Assembly (NCBI GenBank): GCA_964252075.1
Contig: CAXULY010000068.1
Span: 1 to 20,427, forward strand
Direction: 5' to 3'
DNA from: an uncultured Deinococcaceae bacterium
GTDB taxonomy: Bacteria; Deinococcota; Deinococci; Deinococcales; Deinococcaceae
Length of the DNA stretch: 20,427 bases
Positions 18,901-20,427 of this stretch are shown in pieces. The stretch's first letter is position 1. Every line of letters starts with the position of its first letter. The notes under the pieces are model-generated. The model was not told the origin of the DNA and made no database searches. It saw only the letters and a program-made list of their open reading frames with translations. The translations under genes were made by a program, and so were the position numbers.

Positions 18901-19023
18901 GATGAAAAATCAAATGCACGTGTTGAGGGGTGCCCGTTCCACACCCTCTCAAGGAGCCGACCATGACCCCTGCCGTTCCCCGCCGCTCACCGTCCCCAGG
19001 CCACGCCCGTCAAGGAACCCGCC

Positions 19024-20160
19024 GTGCGACTTGAGCGCGCCGAGCTGCGCATCGTCTCCCTGCCGCTCCTTCGGCCCTTCAAGACCAGCTTCGGGGTGAT
19101 GCGCGACAAGACCTTCCTGCTGCTCAGGCTGTTCGGCGAGGGCCTGGAAGGCGTGGCGGAGGGCGTCATGGAGCCCAGCCCGCAGTACCGCGAGGAGACC
19201 ATCGAGGGCGCGCGCGCCCTGCTGCAGGACACCATCCTGCCCGAGGTGCTGGGCCGCACCTGGGCCAACCCAGAAACCCTCATGCGGCACCTCGCGTCCC
19301 TGCGCGGCAACCGCATGACGCTCGCCCTGGTCGAGATGGCCTTCTGGGACCTCCACGCCCGCAGCCTGCAACAGCCCCTCTCCGCCCTGCTCGGCGGGGT
19401 GCGCGCCCAGGTCCCGGTGGGCGTGTCGCTGGGCATCCAGCCTTCGGTGGAGGCGACCGTGGAGACGGCGCTGCGCCACGCCGAGCAGGGGTACCAGCGC
19501 ATCAAGCTCAAGATCGAGCCGGGCTGGGACGTGCCGGTCGTGCGCGCCGTCAAGGACGCGCTGGGTGACCTGCCCGTCACGGTGGACGCCAACGCCGCGT
19601 ACTCCCTCGCGCAGCTGAACACCCTGCTGGCGCTCGACGGTCTGGGCCTCGATTACATCGAGCAGCCGCTCGCCTGGAACGACCTGCACGACCACGTCAA
19701 GCTTCAGGCGCTGATGCGCACCCCGCTGTGCCTCGACGAGAGCATCAGCACCGCCGCGGACGCCCGCAAGGCGCTGGAGGGCGGCGCGTGCCGGCTGGTG
19801 AACATCAAGGTGGGGCGCGTGGGGGGGCACCTGGAGGCGCGGCGGGTGCATGACGTGGCCGCGTCGTTCGGCGCGCCGGTGTGGTGCGGCGGCATGCTGG
19901 AGAGCGGCGTGGGCCGCGCGCACAACATTCACCTCGCGAGCCTGGAGAACTTCAGCAAACCCGGCGACACCAGCAGCAGCTCGCGCTACTGGGCGCGCGA
20001 CATCATTCAGGAGCCGCTGGAAACCGCGGAGGGATTCATGCCGGTCCCGACGGGCGCGGGCATCGGCGTGACGCTGGACCTGCCCTTCCTGGAGGGCGTG
20101 ACGCGCTGGCGGGCGGACATCCACCCATCGCCCGCGCAGACCGTGGGCCCCACCGCGTGA
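19024..20160 (+). CDS. menC: N-succinyl/N-acyl amino acid racemase / o-succinylbenzoate synthase (NSAR/OSBS, enolase superfamily)
   Basis: PFKTSFG, catalytic KLK, metal ligands DAN / EQP / [27 protein letters not shown] and [13 protein letters not shown] start with AAGGA RBS. The symbol reflects family annotation; the physiological role is probably racemase. Confidence 0.88.
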   Translation: MRLERAELRIVSLPLLRPFKTSFGVMRDKTFLLLRLFGEGLEGVAEGVMEPSPQYREETIEGARALLQDTILPEVLGRTWANPETLMRHLASLRGNRMTLALVEMAFWDLHARSLQQPLSALLGGVRAQVPVGVSLGIQPSVEATVETALRHAEQGYQRIKLKIEPGWDVPVVRAVKDALGDLPVTVDANAAYSLAQLNTLLALDGLGLDYIEQPLAWNDLHDHVKLQALMRTPLCLDESISTAADARKALEGGACRLVNIKVGRVGGHLEARRVHDVAASFGAPVWCGGMLESGVGRAHNIHLASLENFSKPGDTSSSSRYWARDIIQEPLETAEGFMPVPTGAGIGVTLDLPFLEGVTRWRADIHPSPAQTVGPTA

Positions 20161-20341
20161 CGGGAACCGACCAGCACCCGCGCGGACGTGAGCCGCTCGC
20201 GCCTCTGCGCGGTGTGCCTGCCGCCCGCGCGGTCCCCGCCGCTGGTCGCCCGGCGGGGCCGCCACCAGCCTGTCGCGACCTGTGGCTGGAGCGTCGGATT
20301 CCACACACCGGCACGCCACTGGGCCCACGCCATGGGGCGTC

Positions 20342-20427
20342 ATGCTGAGTTACGTGCTGCGCCGCCTGCTGGCCCTGCCGCTGATCCTGCTGGCGGTGAC
20401 CTTCCTGATCGTGCTGGTGATGCAGCT
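20342..20427 (+). CDS. Peptide/nickel ABC transporter permease (OppB/DppB-like), N-terminal fragment
   Basis: Not in the ORF track. Translates as MLSYVLRRLLALPLILLAVTFLIVLVMQ, the typical OppB/DppB N-terminus, and runs off the window. Confidence 0.8.
   Translation, partial: MLSYVLRRLLALPLILLAVTFLIVLVMQ

Noticed and set aside
19024..20160. Menaquinone biosynthesis operon
   Set aside because: No menB/D/E/F/H neighbours in the window; context fits the racemase role.

Overview
High-GC bacterial accessory/metabolic region. Leaderless-type starts, cleavable-signal (non-lipoprotein) binding proteins and the protein types suggest a Deinococcus-like diderm, but this is inference. Left to right: (1) a + strand run of a partial serine hydrolase, a PliC/MliC-type lysozyme inhibitor, an MFS exporter, an unknown lipoprotein and an 877-aa six-heme cytochrome c whose N-terminal domain looks like cytochrome P460; (2) a ~9.2-kb - strand sugar locus (LacI regulator, oligosaccharide ABC importer, cytoplasmic GH5, xylF-xylH-xylG-type importer) with readable promoters and operators; (3) two SDRs, a TetR regulator and an ASCH protein, with three operator-like sites at an exact 33-bp period; (4) the start of an operon encoding an NSAR/OSBS enolase-superfamily enzyme and a peptide ABC permease. 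No rRNA, tRNA, CRISPR array or recognisable mobile element was seen. The best candidate for an undescribed system is the P460-domain/pentaheme cytochrome fusion with its upstream lipoprotein. All family calls come from motif recognition by eye, with no database search.
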